Source: Pseudomonadota bacterium
GTDB taxonomy: Bacteria > Bdellovibrionota_C > UBA2361 > OMII01
Direction of reading: 5' to 3'
Assembly (NCBI GenBank): GCA_038134595.1
Contig: JAYPVM010000013.1
Span: 1 to 57,302 of the forward strand
DNA: 57,302 nt
Within the stretch, counting starts at the first letter, position 1, and every line of letters begins with the position of its first letter. Below, piece after piece: positions 48,285-57,302 of this stretch. The translations under genes and the position numbers were made by a program. Under the pieces are notes generated by a model, which made no database searches, was not told the origin of the DNA, and saw only the letters and a program-made list of their open reading frames with translations.

Positions 48285-50210
48285 ATGAATATGTCTATAA
48301 AGCCAACCACATCAACACCTACAACAGATACTTACGCTAGTAACATAGGACTCTCCGACCTCTCGTTACCCCATCCCCACACTGTAGCAATCAGAGAAGA
48401 TGTCCGTGCGGAGACAACAGCATTAAGTGGAAATGACGCTTTACTACTCGAGCATCCTGAACTATCTAAGTACTTCTGGAAAGATAATCGATGGTTCGTC
48501 TCAGACCAACGTTTTCGAGACTTTCTTACATCATTTAATATCCCTCCACTCCCAGTCAATCCAAACCCACCCAAAGCTGATATCTTTGAGATCACGAGAC
48601 CTGATTACAATCAAAACTTCCTAACCCACTCCTTGCATAATGCATTCAAGCTTGTTACTCCGTCAGCATCCATCGACCCACAAAGCGTTATAGATTCCCT
48701 CTCTTATGATCTCAGCGAATCGTTTGGATTTCTTGCTACCGAATTAGTGCAACGGGAAGAACCACCCATTGAAAATCGAGAACATTCGTCGGTTATAAAT
48801 GGGTGTGAAATATTTTTGTACCGACTAGCTGGCACTAATACGGCGATAATTGACCGCTCTACAACGCCAGAATTCACCACGCGAGAAGCTCTTGAAAGTG
48901 CTCGTGATGGAGTCCTCCGACATACAGACAAAGTAGCTCAACGGACCAGAGCGGCTAAATTATCGGCTACAGGCGTTTTAAATCCGCGCTACCAAGACCT
49001 GCGGCTGATTAACCCACCCTCTCATGTTGTTACATGTAATGACATCGACTTGAACTCCCTTCCAGAAGCTAGCGATATTATCGAAACAATAAAAAAAGCC
49101 CCCGGCTCTCGACATCTCTGGATAATTGAAAACGACACACAAGGATGTGTGATAGTTCATGATACAGACAAGCTTTACGTAAAAACCGCTAATCCTATTA
49201 TCGCTAAAGATGCTGCCATCGCCGCAAAAATCACTGGGTTCTCTACGCAATCAACCCTCAAAGAGCAAGAAAAATATTTGCGCATATTTCTAAAATTATT
49301 CCGAACAGAGCAGAACTTCGCAATGACCTTTCTCGCAGAAAAAGAGCCACAATCAATCGATACAAAGAGTCTTGCAGCGGAGATTCAGAGTCACGAAACA
49401 CCCCTATACATCAAGGGAACGCGTTCATCTGGTGGCCAGTTCGTTGTGAGACACAGGAGAGGACCAACTGGAGAATCAATTCTTGAGTCAGACAGTTCAG
49501 AGTTTGGGCGATCACTAGCTCAAACCATCGAGTCCGTGAAAAAATACCAAATAATGCCCCGTTTCATGCAAGATACATTTCTTCCAAAATTCCAATGTAA
49601 ATGTTCGAGCACAGGAATGTTACAAAAAATTCTTAAAGAGATAGAAACACCAATCTTGGAAGAGGAAATCCCAGTTGCTCGTTATACTACAAAAGTCGGG
49701 AGAGAAAAGTGTGAATTTAGAGCAATCTTTCAAGGTATAGAATCGCCGCAATTAGTGGCAACGTATGCGAAAGCCTCTCTTAAGGATATTGCAGCAAATA
49801 TCTCTATTGCAGGAAGAGGCCGTCATACGGTGCAGGTGATACGGGGTATAATGCAGCAGAATTTATCCGGCACCCTCGAACAAGCCGAAATCAATACAAA
49901 AGCCGCCCAAACTCTCAAACGATTTGAGGAGACAGTGGGAAATTTCGCAAGACAATTTACTGCTGAGCTCACTGACCCGACCAAGCTACAAGATTTTGCC
50001 GTTGATACTGTTCCTGTTTGGAATGAACAAACACAGAATATCGATTTTTATCTCCTCGAAGTACAATACAGCTATGGATACACAGGGCTTGCCGCAGTAG
50101 ATCCAGAGGCCTCAAGCCGTGTTACCATGTTCAAGAATACCCTGCGGGACGCTAAACGAAAGTTGGCCTCAATTGCAAGGATACAACAGTTCTTCTCTGA
50201 TCTAAATTAA
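48285..50210 (+). CDS. Large orphan protein with a divergent ATP-grasp fold
   Basis: Motifs in ATP-grasp order: DK...GVLNP, YIKGTRSSGG, LEEEIP, EFRAI, NISIAG, AVD and LLEVQ. ATG at 48285 or 48291 preferred over TTG at 48273. Confidence 0.65.
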   Translation: MNMSIKPTTSTPTTDTYASNIGLSDLSLPHPHTVAIREDVRAETTALSGNDALLLEHPELSKYFWKDNRWFVSDQRFRDFLTSFNIPPLPVNPNPPKADIFEITRPDYNQNFLTHSLHNAFKLVTPSASIDPQSVIDSLSYDLSESFGFLATELVQREEPPIENREHSSVINGCEIFLYRLAGTNTAIIDRSTTPEFTTREALESARDGVLRHTDKVAQRTRAAKLSATGVLNPRYQDLRLINPPSHVVTCNDIDLNSLPEASDIIETIKKAPGSRHLWIIENDTQGCVIVHDTDKLYVKTANPIIAKDAAIAAKITGFSTQSTLKEQEKYLRIFLKLFRTEQNFAMTFLAEKEPQSIDTKSLAAEIQSHETPLYIKGTRSSGGQFVVRHRRGPTGESILESDSSEFGRSLAQTIESVKKYQIMPRFMQDTFLPKFQCKCSSTGMLQKILKEIETPILEEEIPVARYTTKVGREKCEFRAIFQGIESPQLVATYAKASLKDIAANISIAGRGRHTVQVIRGIMQQNLSGTLEQAEINTKAAQTLKRFEETVGNFARQFTAELTDPTKLQDFAVDTVPVWNEQTQNIDFYLLEVQYSYGYTGLAAVDPEASSRVTMFKNTLRDAKRKLASIARIQQFFSDLN

Positions 50211-50216
50211 GTAAGT

Positions 50217-51743
50217 TTAGGGCCCCGAACAAGCCGCTGTAAAGTTAGCCTCCGCCGCTTGCACTGCACTATCAGAGCAAAAATTCATATTATCTAACGC
50301 TCCGGATTCACAATCCTGACTTACCGCAAGGAGTGCTGGATTTGAAAAATCAAGAGAAACAGTTACATCCGGCACAGCTCCACAATCGTAGGTATCCGGG
50401 TCAAACGTAAGCGATTCGTCCTGATAAAACGTATCAGTCGCAAGGTTTACTTTTTTTAGCGCGTTAACCTTACTACTTGATGGAGCCGCAACGTAACGAT
50501 CGCTTCGATACTCGACTCCGACTTGGAAATCATCACCATCCGAGCCCTCTTTCATATCCTTGTAACCACCAGCTCGAAATCGAACATCACCGGTATCATT
50601 ACCCTGAAATGCCATAACACCATACGACCGAAGTCCCTGTGATGAATGATACGATTTAGTCTTAATTTCATTATCTGCGGTAAATACAGCTCGCCCCCTA
50701 AACCCATCATCACCAGGAGCCGAGTACATCACGTTTAGCTCACGGTCTAGATTCGGATTGTATGTTAGCTCCCCATCTTCCTCGATTAGGTACGCATCCA
50801 GTGAAATCTTGTACGATGCGTACACGTCATTACTCTCCGCGGATAAGGTCATCTTCCCGTTGTTCCTTACTCGGCCAGATTCTGTGGCACTAGCAATGCC
50901 CCCATCACAAAACCACATCCTGTATGCATACTGATCTTTATTCGCCGTATTAGTGTCCGAGCTGGCAACTTCAATAAAGATATCACTTGGTCCCTCGTCG
51001 AATGGAAAGTTTTCTATCTGCACCTTTACAAGCCGGGGAGCACTTCCATCAGGAGTTTCAAATACCCTCGCACCATCTCCATCAGGAAGATTTTCTGACC
51101 CCGATGTAATCGTCGCCCCACCAGCAGGACCAACAGCCGGAAAACTACGCATGTAACAAACACTTGTTCCAGCTCGAACCGCCTCTTGCATAATCTCTCC
51201 GGTCGCCATTGCCATGTAGCAACCAGCATATCCAGCAGATTCTCCATCGTTATTACCACCAAAAAACTGATTACAGTCATCTGGAGTAGCCGAGCTCGAA
51301 GCGATTCTTTCTACAACGCCGTCGTTCCAAAAAAGATTTGGGATATCAAGACTCGGAATATCCACTAGCTTCGGCGGAGTTCCAATCACCTCTGCAAGTC
51401 GCATCCGAGCTGAGCCACGGCTGTTAGCAATCTCTCCTACACCTGGTAATGCATCTAGGCCCGTAACAGCATTACGAGCTACTAGCGTTCCGCAGGCTTT
51501 TTTTGCTTTTTTGACCTTAATCTTCTTTTGTTTCAATTTGGCAATAGTGCGGGAGTTACGGATAAAATTCCATCGCCCTCTTCGCTTATTGTAAGAGCAC
51601 TTAACTTTTATCGAACCACGCTTTCCAGAAACGCTAACCTTAGTCTTTGGTGCAGCTTGTACCTCACTAGACACTACGAGTGCTCCAGTACAGACCAAAA
51701 GACAAATAAGTCCGTGCGAAACAGCTCGTTGAAGTCTCCTCAT
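50217..51743 (-). CDS. Secreted Cys-containing hypothetical protein
   Basis: Signal peptide ending VQA-A, a Lys/Arg-rich segment, then an acidic body with 10 Cys in the mature part. GGAG SD. Confidence 0.85.
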   Translation of the reverse strand: MRRLQRAVSHGLICLLVCTGALVVSSEVQAAPKTKVSVSGKRGSIKVKCSYNKRRGRWNFIRNSRTIAKLKQKKIKVKKAKKACGTLVARNAVTGLDALPGVGEIANSRGSARMRLAEVIGTPPKLVDIPSLDIPNLFWNDGVVERIASSSATPDDCNQFFGGNNDGESAGYAGCYMAMATGEIMQEAVRAGTSVCYMRSFPAVGPAGGATITSGSENLPDGDGARVFETPDGSAPRLVKVQIENFPFDEGPSDIFIEVASSDTNTANKDQYAYRMWFCDGGIASATESGRVRNNGKMTLSAESNDVYASYKISLDAYLIEEDGELTYNPNLDRELNVMYSAPGDDGFRGRAVFTADNEIKTKSYHSSQGLRSYGVMAFQGNDTGDVRFRAGGYKDMKEGSDGDDFQVGVEYRSDRYVAAPSSSKVNALKKVNLATDTFYQDESLTFDPDTYDCGAVPDVTVSLDFSNPALLAVSQDCESGALDNMNFCSDSAVQAAEANFTAACSGP

Positions 51744-52098
51744 TACGTGCTCCGAATAATCAATTAGTTTACTTGTTGTTCAAAAGATGCTCTTCGTACT
51801 TTATACGTTCCCAAACTAGCACTGCGACGTAAAGCTAAAATCGACATCCAACAGGCCGCAAACGACGTTTATCGCACGGCATACTCAATACTTCTCCTCT
51901 GCCGAGGATTCCCAATCGATATACAACAAGCCATTTTAGGCACTTAGAGCAATCAATCAGGATCGGTTTGAATCGGTCTGGTTCTAAGCTATCCAAAACG
52001 CATCCGAGATAATTTCATGATAGATTTCAACAAAATGTATTTTATCCCATGGAGAGAGGCTCTATATTTAGAGCGTTGTAATCCTAGAAATCTGCACT

Positions 52099-52584
52099 AT
52101 GGAATGTCGAATCTGTCACAACGAGTCCGAGAAAGACCCGTGCTCTCCGAAATGCACAGACGAACTAGCTTCTCTTAGAGTCGAAGCTACCTGGGTAAAC
52201 TTAGCTTTAGGCGAGGCACGTGCATCACAATATGAAATTGAGGCGACCCAATACGGCCCGCTGTATATCAGGTTCGATCGACTACAAGCTCTCCACCGAG
52301 CTCTCACTCTCGGTGTGCAATCCATGAGTTCTTCGCACTCCACCGAAACCGATGAACACTTTGAAGTACAGGAATGGCGCGCGCAACAGTCAAAGGATGA
52401 TAAAGAGGCATTACCGTACCTACAAAAAAAATTGCGGCACCTTGCAAAGAAGATTAACAAACTAGAGAAGGAACTCTCCCATGCAGAACACACCTGGGAA
52501 GAGGCCGCTAGTAAAGTTGCAACGATCGAAGATGCTCTTAGAAAAATCGCAGAGGTGACCGGCGATGATTCACTACCCCTTTAG
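52099..52584 (+). CDS. Hypothetical protein with N-terminal Cys4 motif and C-terminal coiled coil
   Basis: CxxC-x8-CxxxC at the N-terminus. Heptad-like LQKKLRHLAKKINKLEKEL. Confidence 0.65.
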   Translation: MECRICHNESEKDPCSPKCTDELASLRVEATWVNLALGEARASQYEIEATQYGPLYIRFDRLQALHRALTLGVQSMSSSHSTETDEHFEVQEWRAQQSKDDKEALPYLQKKLRHLAKKINKLEKELSHAEHTWEEAASKVATIEDALRKIAEVTGDDSLPL

Positions 52585-52624
52585 TCGCCACGGGATTTAA
52601 ATTCGCGTATCACAAACGACACCC

Positions 52625-55252
52625 CTATGCCGCTCGCTCCTCCTTCTTCTCACGGGTTTTTATCACAAGCCCCTCATCAGAGACATCGACAGCGATACTG
52701 CCGCCCGACTGAAGTTCATCGGCGATAAGCGCACGACCCACCTTTGTCTCAAGCTCCCTTTGAATGTAGCGCTTAAGGGGCCTAGCGCCGTAGACCGGAT
52801 CATATCCAGCCTCGGAGATAAACCGCTTTGCTGCATCACTGACTTCTATCGAAATCCCTCTGTCTTTGAGACGATTTGTCACATCAGCTAACAGCAGTTC
52901 CACGATATGCACAATCTCTTCCGGTACCAGTGGTTTAAACAATACGAGCTCATCTATTCTGTTTAGAAACTCAGGCCTAAAGTGCCCTTTGAGTTCAGCC
53001 ATCACACCATCTCTGGCCTTATCTTTAATCTCACCCTTGTCCGAAATCCCCTCAAGGAGATAATGAGATCCGATATTCGATGTCATGATTATCACGGTAT
53101 TCTTGAAATCAACGGTGCGTCCCTGAGAATCAGTGACGCGGCCATCATCGAGAATCTGTAACAATACATTAAATACATCGGTGTGCGCTTTCTCTATCTC
53201 GTCAAACAGAACAACGCTATACGGCTTGCGTCTTACAGCCTCGGTAAGCTGTCCACCTTCCTCGTATCCCACGTATCCTGGAGGAGCGCCGATAAGGCGA
53301 GTCACGGCGAACTTCTCCATATATTCGCTCATATCGATCCGGATAAGATTCTGTTCGCTATCAAACAGCACCTCTGCCAACGTTTTGGCGAGCTCTGTCT
53401 TCCCTACCCCAGTAGGGCCTAAAAAGATAAAGCTCCCGATCGGCCTCCTAGGATCTTTTATACCCGCCCTAGCTCGAATTACAGCATCTGCCACAAACTG
53501 TACCGCTTCATCTTGTCCAATAACCCGCTCATGCAGTATCTGATCAAGTTTGAGCAATTTGGCTTTCTCTCCCTCGACAAGGCGAGTCACCGGAATCCCT
53601 GTCCAACGAGCAACGATCTCAGCAATCTCACCATCTGTGACTTCTTCTCGGAGTAAACGCCTTGAGCCATCTTTTTCAAGCCTCTTTTCCTCCTCCTCAA
53701 GCTGCTTAAGAAGCTCGGGAAGGGTTCCATGCTTTAATTCAGCGGCTCTATTGAGATTATACTCACGCTCTGCCTTCTCTATCTCAAGCCGCGTCTTTTC
53801 AAGCTGCTCTCGCAGCCCCTGAACGACATGAATTGCATCTTTTTCCTTCTGCCATTGAGAACGCATTGCATCTGCTTGCACCCTCGCCTCAGAAAGCTCA
53901 TCGGTCAGAGCCTTTAGCCGCTCCTGTGAACTACGGTCCACCTCTTTTTTGAGCGCCGCCTCCTCGATCTCAAGCTGCATAATTCTTCGCGTGATTGCAT
54001 CAAGCTCCGCAGGCATGCTGTCGATCTCTGTACGAATGGTTGCACACGCCTCATCGACTAAATCAATAGCCTTATCGGGAAGAAACCGCTCGGAGATATA
54101 GCGGTGCGAAAGCGTTGCGGCCGCAACAAGAGCGTTATCCTGAATCTTTACTCCGTGATGCACCTCAAACCGCTCTCTGACCCCCCGCAATATAGAGATC
54201 GTATCCTCCACATTAGGTTGATCTACCATTACAGGCTGAAATCGGCGCTCGAGCGCGGCATCTTTCTCTAAATGCTTGCGATACTCATCAAGCGTTGTAG
54301 CCCCGATACAGTGAAGCTCTCCTCTGGCCAACATGGGTTTAAGCATGTTGCCAGCATCCATTGCTCCTTCAGTCTTTCCTGCGCCAACGATGGTGTGTAA
54401 TTCATCGACAAACAAAAGAATCCTTCCATCTGAATTCTTGACCTCTTGAAGCACTGCCTTTAACCGCTCTTCGAATTCTCCTCGATACTTTGCGCCTGCA
54501 ATGAGTGAACCCATATCAAGTGAAAAGATAGTTTTGTCCTGCAAACCTTCTGGAACATCACCCCGTACGATACGTTGTGCCAACCCTTCTACGATAGCGG
54601 TTTTTCCAACTCCCGGTTCACCAATGAGAACTGGATTGTTTTTTGTCTTTCTTGAAAGAATTCGAATCACCCGTCGAATCTCGCTATCTCTTCCGATTAC
54701 CGGATCAAGCTTGCCCTTTTTAGCCTCTTCAACGAGATCTCTTCCGTACCGCTCCAGCGCTTCATAGGTGGCTTCAGGATTTGCACTCTGTACACGCTGG
54801 TTGCCCCTCACAACATTTAGGGCCGCAAGAAACCGATCTCTTGTAAGAGAAAACGTCTTGCAAATTTTAGCGTACGGCGTTTTTGCGTCAGCATCTAACG
54901 CAGCCAGAAAAATATGTTCCACTGAAACATACTCATCTTTGAGACGCTTTGCCTCATCCTCAGCACGGATACAAACTTGTCCTAGAGCTTGCGTGAGATA
55001 CACCTTGCCTGGCTCAATTCCAGGGCCACTTACCTTAGGGCGTCTATCGAGTTCTCGCTCTATCTCTTTAAGGAACGCTTCAGCATCGACTTCCATCTTT
55101 GCAAACAAGCGGGCAATCAAACCACCTTTTTGGGCAAGAAGGCTTGCCACCATGTGCTCAACGTCGACCTCAGTATTCCCCCGACGAACAGCCTGGCTCT
55201 GTGCCTCGGAAAGTGCCTCTTGAGACTTTTGAGTGAACTTTTGAAGATCCAT
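52625..55252 (-). CDS. clpB: ATP-dependent chaperone ClpB
   Basis: Clp N domain, two AAA+ modules ([16 protein letters not shown]), long middle coiled coil and GARPL. Confidence 0.99.
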   Translation of the reverse strand: MDLQKFTQKSQEALSEAQSQAVRRGNTEVDVEHMVASLLAQKGGLIARLFAKMEVDAEAFLKEIERELDRRPKVSGPGIEPGKVYLTQALGQVCIRAEDEAKRLKDEYVSVEHIFLAALDADAKTPYAKICKTFSLTRDRFLAALNVVRGNQRVQSANPEATYEALERYGRDLVEEAKKGKLDPVIGRDSEIRRVIRILSRKTKNNPVLIGEPGVGKTAIVEGLAQRIVRGDVPEGLQDKTIFSLDMGSLIAGAKYRGEFEERLKAVLQEVKNSDGRILLFVDELHTIVGAGKTEGAMDAGNMLKPMLARGELHCIGATTLDEYRKHLEKDAALERRFQPVMVDQPNVEDTISILRGVRERFEVHHGVKIQDNALVAAATLSHRYISERFLPDKAIDLVDEACATIRTEIDSMPAELDAITRRIMQLEIEEAALKKEVDRSSQERLKALTDELSEARVQADAMRSQWQKEKDAIHVVQGLREQLEKTRLEIEKAEREYNLNRAAELKHGTLPELLKQLEEEEKRLEKDGSRRLLREEVTDGEIAEIVARWTGIPVTRLVEGEKAKLLKLDQILHERVIGQDEAVQFVADAVIRARAGIKDPRRPIGSFIFLGPTGVGKTELAKTLAEVLFDSEQNLIRIDMSEYMEKFAVTRLIGAPPGYVGYEEGGQLTEAVRRKPYSVVLFDEIEKAHTDVFNVLLQILDDGRVTDSQGRTVDFKNTVIIMTSNIGSHYLLEGISDKGEIKDKARDGVMAELKGHFRPEFLNRIDELVLFKPLVPEEIVHIVELLLADVTNRLKDRGISIEVSDAAKRFISEAGYDPVYGARPLKRYIQRELETKVGRALIADELQSGGSIAVDVSDEGLVIKTREKKEERAA

Positions 55253-55461
55253 ACGCTACCCCACGCAAAACATTGCCCTTAGAATATAGGTAATCACTGT
55301 ATCGGCATTTAACTAGTTTTTTCTCGTTATTTTTGCCAAAAAGCGTTTACCATAGCTCTAACCACAGAAACTACGTGCCTTTTTACAAGAAACCCGCACT
55401 CACCTACGTATGCGAAACAAAGCGGCTCACTACCGTAAAAAAAATAGTAGAGATATCTGAC

Positions 55462-56439
55462 CTAATTCCTAGGATTAAACTGAGAAGCTTTCTGAAGAGC
55501 TTCAAACGCTTGGCGCTCCTCTACAGACAAACTCTTCGGCACAACAAGCCGAATGCTGGCGAAAACATCTCCTCGCTCACCACCTTTCTTTGCAAACCCC
55601 CGCCCTCGAACACGCAGTTTTGCTCCGTTTTGAGTCCCGGCAGGAATGGAAAGCTTTATCGACCCATCGGGCAAAACAAGATCGACCTTCGCACCCAATG
55701 CAGCCTCCCACGGCGAAATCGGAAGATCGACGGTCAAATCACTTCCTGAAGGCGTGTAGCGTGGATGCTTCGCAAAAGAAAGCTTTAGGTACACATCCCC
55801 CTCACCGTTCTTTCCGGCGAGTCGAATAGTTTTTCCCTCCGGCGAATACTTGGGGATTCCAACATGAAGGGTGCGAACACTCCCCACGCCATCCTGCAAT
55901 TGAATAGCTTTCTTTGCCCCCTGAAAGGAATCTTCAATCGAAACGGTAAGGGAAGCTTCCCGACGAGCCGCAGGCTGAGAGAACCCGTGCATACCGGCTC
56001 CTCCAAAACCCTGCGCTCCTCCAAAACCCTGTGCTCCTCCAAAACCCTGTGCTCCTCCAAACGCTTGGCCGCCTCCAAAGCCACCCGCTCCAAAGATTGC
56101 TTCAAAAAAATCACTAAACCCTGAAAAGCCAGCGCCTGCACCATCACCCCCAAAATGAAAGCCGTGCGCTCCACCTCCATTCTGCTCCCATCCGGGCGGG
56201 GGTCTAAAATCTTGCCCTGCCTGCCAGTTTGCACCGAGCGCATCATAGCGCTTTCGCTTATCAGGATCACTTAAGACCTCATTAGCCTCATTTATCTCCT
56301 TAAACCGCTCCTCGCCCTCTTTTGTCTTATTGATATCGGGGTGAAATTTCCTAGCCAGCTTTCGATAGGCTTTTTGGATATCGCCCTGCGTAGCTGAACG
56401 CTCTAACCCTAAGACATCGTAATAATCTTTAAACTTCAC
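55462..56439 (-). CDS. cbpA: DnaJ class B chaperone (CbpA-like)
   Basis: J domain with HPD, G/F region with FSDFFE, no zinc finger, and ISPWEAALG. Confidence 0.88.
   Translation of the reverse strand: MKFKDYYDVLGLERSATQGDIQKAYRKLARKFHPDINKTKEGEERFKEINEANEVLSDPDKRKRYDALGANWQAGQDFRPPPGWEQNGGGAHGFHFGGDGAGAGFSGFSDFFEAIFGAGGFGGGQAFGGAQGFGGAQGFGGAQGFGGAGMHGFSQPAARREASLTVSIEDSFQGAKKAIQLQDGVGSVRTLHVGIPKYSPEGKTIRLAGKNGEGDVYLKLSFAKHPRYTPSGSDLTVDLPISPWEAALGAKVDLVLPDGSIKLSIPAGTQNGAKLRVRGRGFAKKGGERGDVFASIRLVVPKSLSVEERQAFEALQKASQFNPRN
55997..56086. repeat. 18-bp coding tandem repeat (GGAQGF units) in the CbpA G/F region
   Basis: gctcctccaaaaccctg[c/t] x3 (55997-56050) plus two degenerate units. Confidence 0.9.
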
Positions 56440-56546
56440 AGTAGCGTTATCCTTGCAAATCTTGGTTTCCGTTTATTTGTCACCCACGACACCGATACCT
56501 ATAGTAATAAGCACGAGTTGCCCTGATTCCAAGGCGATAGAAACAA

Positions 56547-56846
56547 TCAGCGCTGATTTCGCAATTTCTCTGCTTTTTCCAATGCCTTACGGGCCGAAAC
56601 CGTGTCAATCCTGCGGAGGGCATACGCGGCAGCACTCGCAACACCAACATTTTTATCATACATAAGAGATGCGATGTGAGGCACCACATCATCTACCCGC
56701 TCTCCACAACGGCCGACCACTTGCAGGGCTTTTGTCTTACGCCTGTGGTCTACGCTGTATAGATCGCGCTTAGCAGAACCTAGCTGACCTGCATCACAAC
56801 ACGCTGAAAACAGAACAACAAACAAAATCAGAACGAGTATCCGCAT
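56547..56846 (-). CDS. Small HEAT-repeat putative lipoprotein
   Basis: MRILVLILFVVLFSAC lipobox and HEAT-like L.D....V...AA.AL..I. ATG at 56846 follows a purine-rich SD. Confidence 0.7.
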   Translation of the reverse strand: MRILVLILFVVLFSACCDAGQLGSAKRDLYSVDHRRKTKALQVVGRCGERVDDVVPHIASLMYDKNVGVASAAAYALRRIDTVSARKALEKAEKLRNQR

Positions 56847-56976
56847 GCCTTGTCCCCCTTTCTTTTCCCCCTTCTGCATGACTCTTTCTATTTTTTGGAT
56901 GAGCATAATTATTAAATTGAAACGCCACACAACATTCTGGTACCGTGTCGTAAAAACTACGATAGATCATAACGCT

Positions 56977-57302
56977 ATGAAACCTGTTCGTCACCTCCTT
57001 GTATCACTGCTTATCGTGTTACTGGCGGCGTGCAGCCCCGGCATTCGATTTAAGCCGGGAGAGATCCCCTCCCCCAGCGCTGAGAGCTCCGATCGAATTG
57101 AACAGGGAAGATACGCCTACCAACAGCTTACTAACAGCGGTTCGGTATACAGAAACCGAGCAGCCGAAGAGCGCGTATCAAAAATCATCAGTCGCATACT
57201 AAGCGCCACACCACCGATGGGGCACTGGGAGATCACGCTCTTAGATGCAAAAGAGTTTAATGCCATGACAACTCCCGGCAATTACATATATGTCTATCGG
57301 GG
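56977..57302 (+). CDS. M48 family metallopeptidase, putative lipoprotein, truncated by the window edge
   Basis: Not in the track. Reads MKPVRHLLVSLLIVLLAAC...WEITLLDAKEFNAMTTPGNYIYVYRG, matching the M48 NA.a.PGG.i.v..G motif. HExxH lies outside the window. Confidence 0.8.
   Translation, partial: MKPVRHLLVSLLIVLLAACSPGIRFKPGEIPSPSAESSDRIEQGRYAYQQLTNSGSVYRNRAAEERVSKIISRILSATPPMGHWEITLLDAKEFNAMTTPGNYIYVYR

Noticed and set aside
51800..51870. GACGTAAAGC resembling part of a c-di-GMP-I riboswitch
   Set aside because: The GGCAAAC/GNRA P2 stem and the P3 stem are missing.
55253..55461. Sigma-54-like GGCACG and sigma-32-like CCTATAT upstream of clpB
   Set aside because: The -12 GC is missing for sigma-54, and there is no matching -35 for sigma-32.
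1..57302. CRISPR arrays, tRNA/rRNA genes, transposases, integrases, prophage, toxin-antitoxin or defence systems
   Set aside because: No regularly spaced repeats, T-loop or CCA tRNA signatures, or such protein motifs were seen by eye. Dedicated scans were not run.

Overview
Core chromosomal segment of a Gram-negative bacterium. LPS genes, the futalosine enzyme MqnD, a sigma-54 activator and the gene order suggest a deltaproteobacterial/Bdellovibrionota-like lineage (inference only). Most conserved genes lie on the minus strand. Blocks: LPS core genes (GT9, Kdo-kinase-like, partial GT9), rlmN, ndk, coaD, infA, accA, rpoZ-rel-htrA-mutL-miaA, pyrR-pyrB-pyrC-carA-carB, rho with an NtrC-type activator and a small receiver-like protein, rpsB-tsf-pyrH-frr-uppS-cdsA-dxr-rseP-tsaB, mqnD, yebC-thrABC, fliL-DUF922, thrS, cbpA-clpB. 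Three genes missing from the ORF track were read directly: ribosomal protein bTHX (5540..5659) and edge-truncated GT9 and M48 peptidase genes. I saw no tRNA, rRNA, CRISPR array, mobile element or defence system, and no complete new multi-gene system that I can support. The best leads are a divergent SAM hydrolase/halogenase-fold enzyme with a fluorinase-like F-x-S-R-D motif, an orphan 640-aa ATP-grasp protein, a sigma-28-type promoter driving an orphan fliL-secreted protease pair, and a four-G-tract element upstream of rho.
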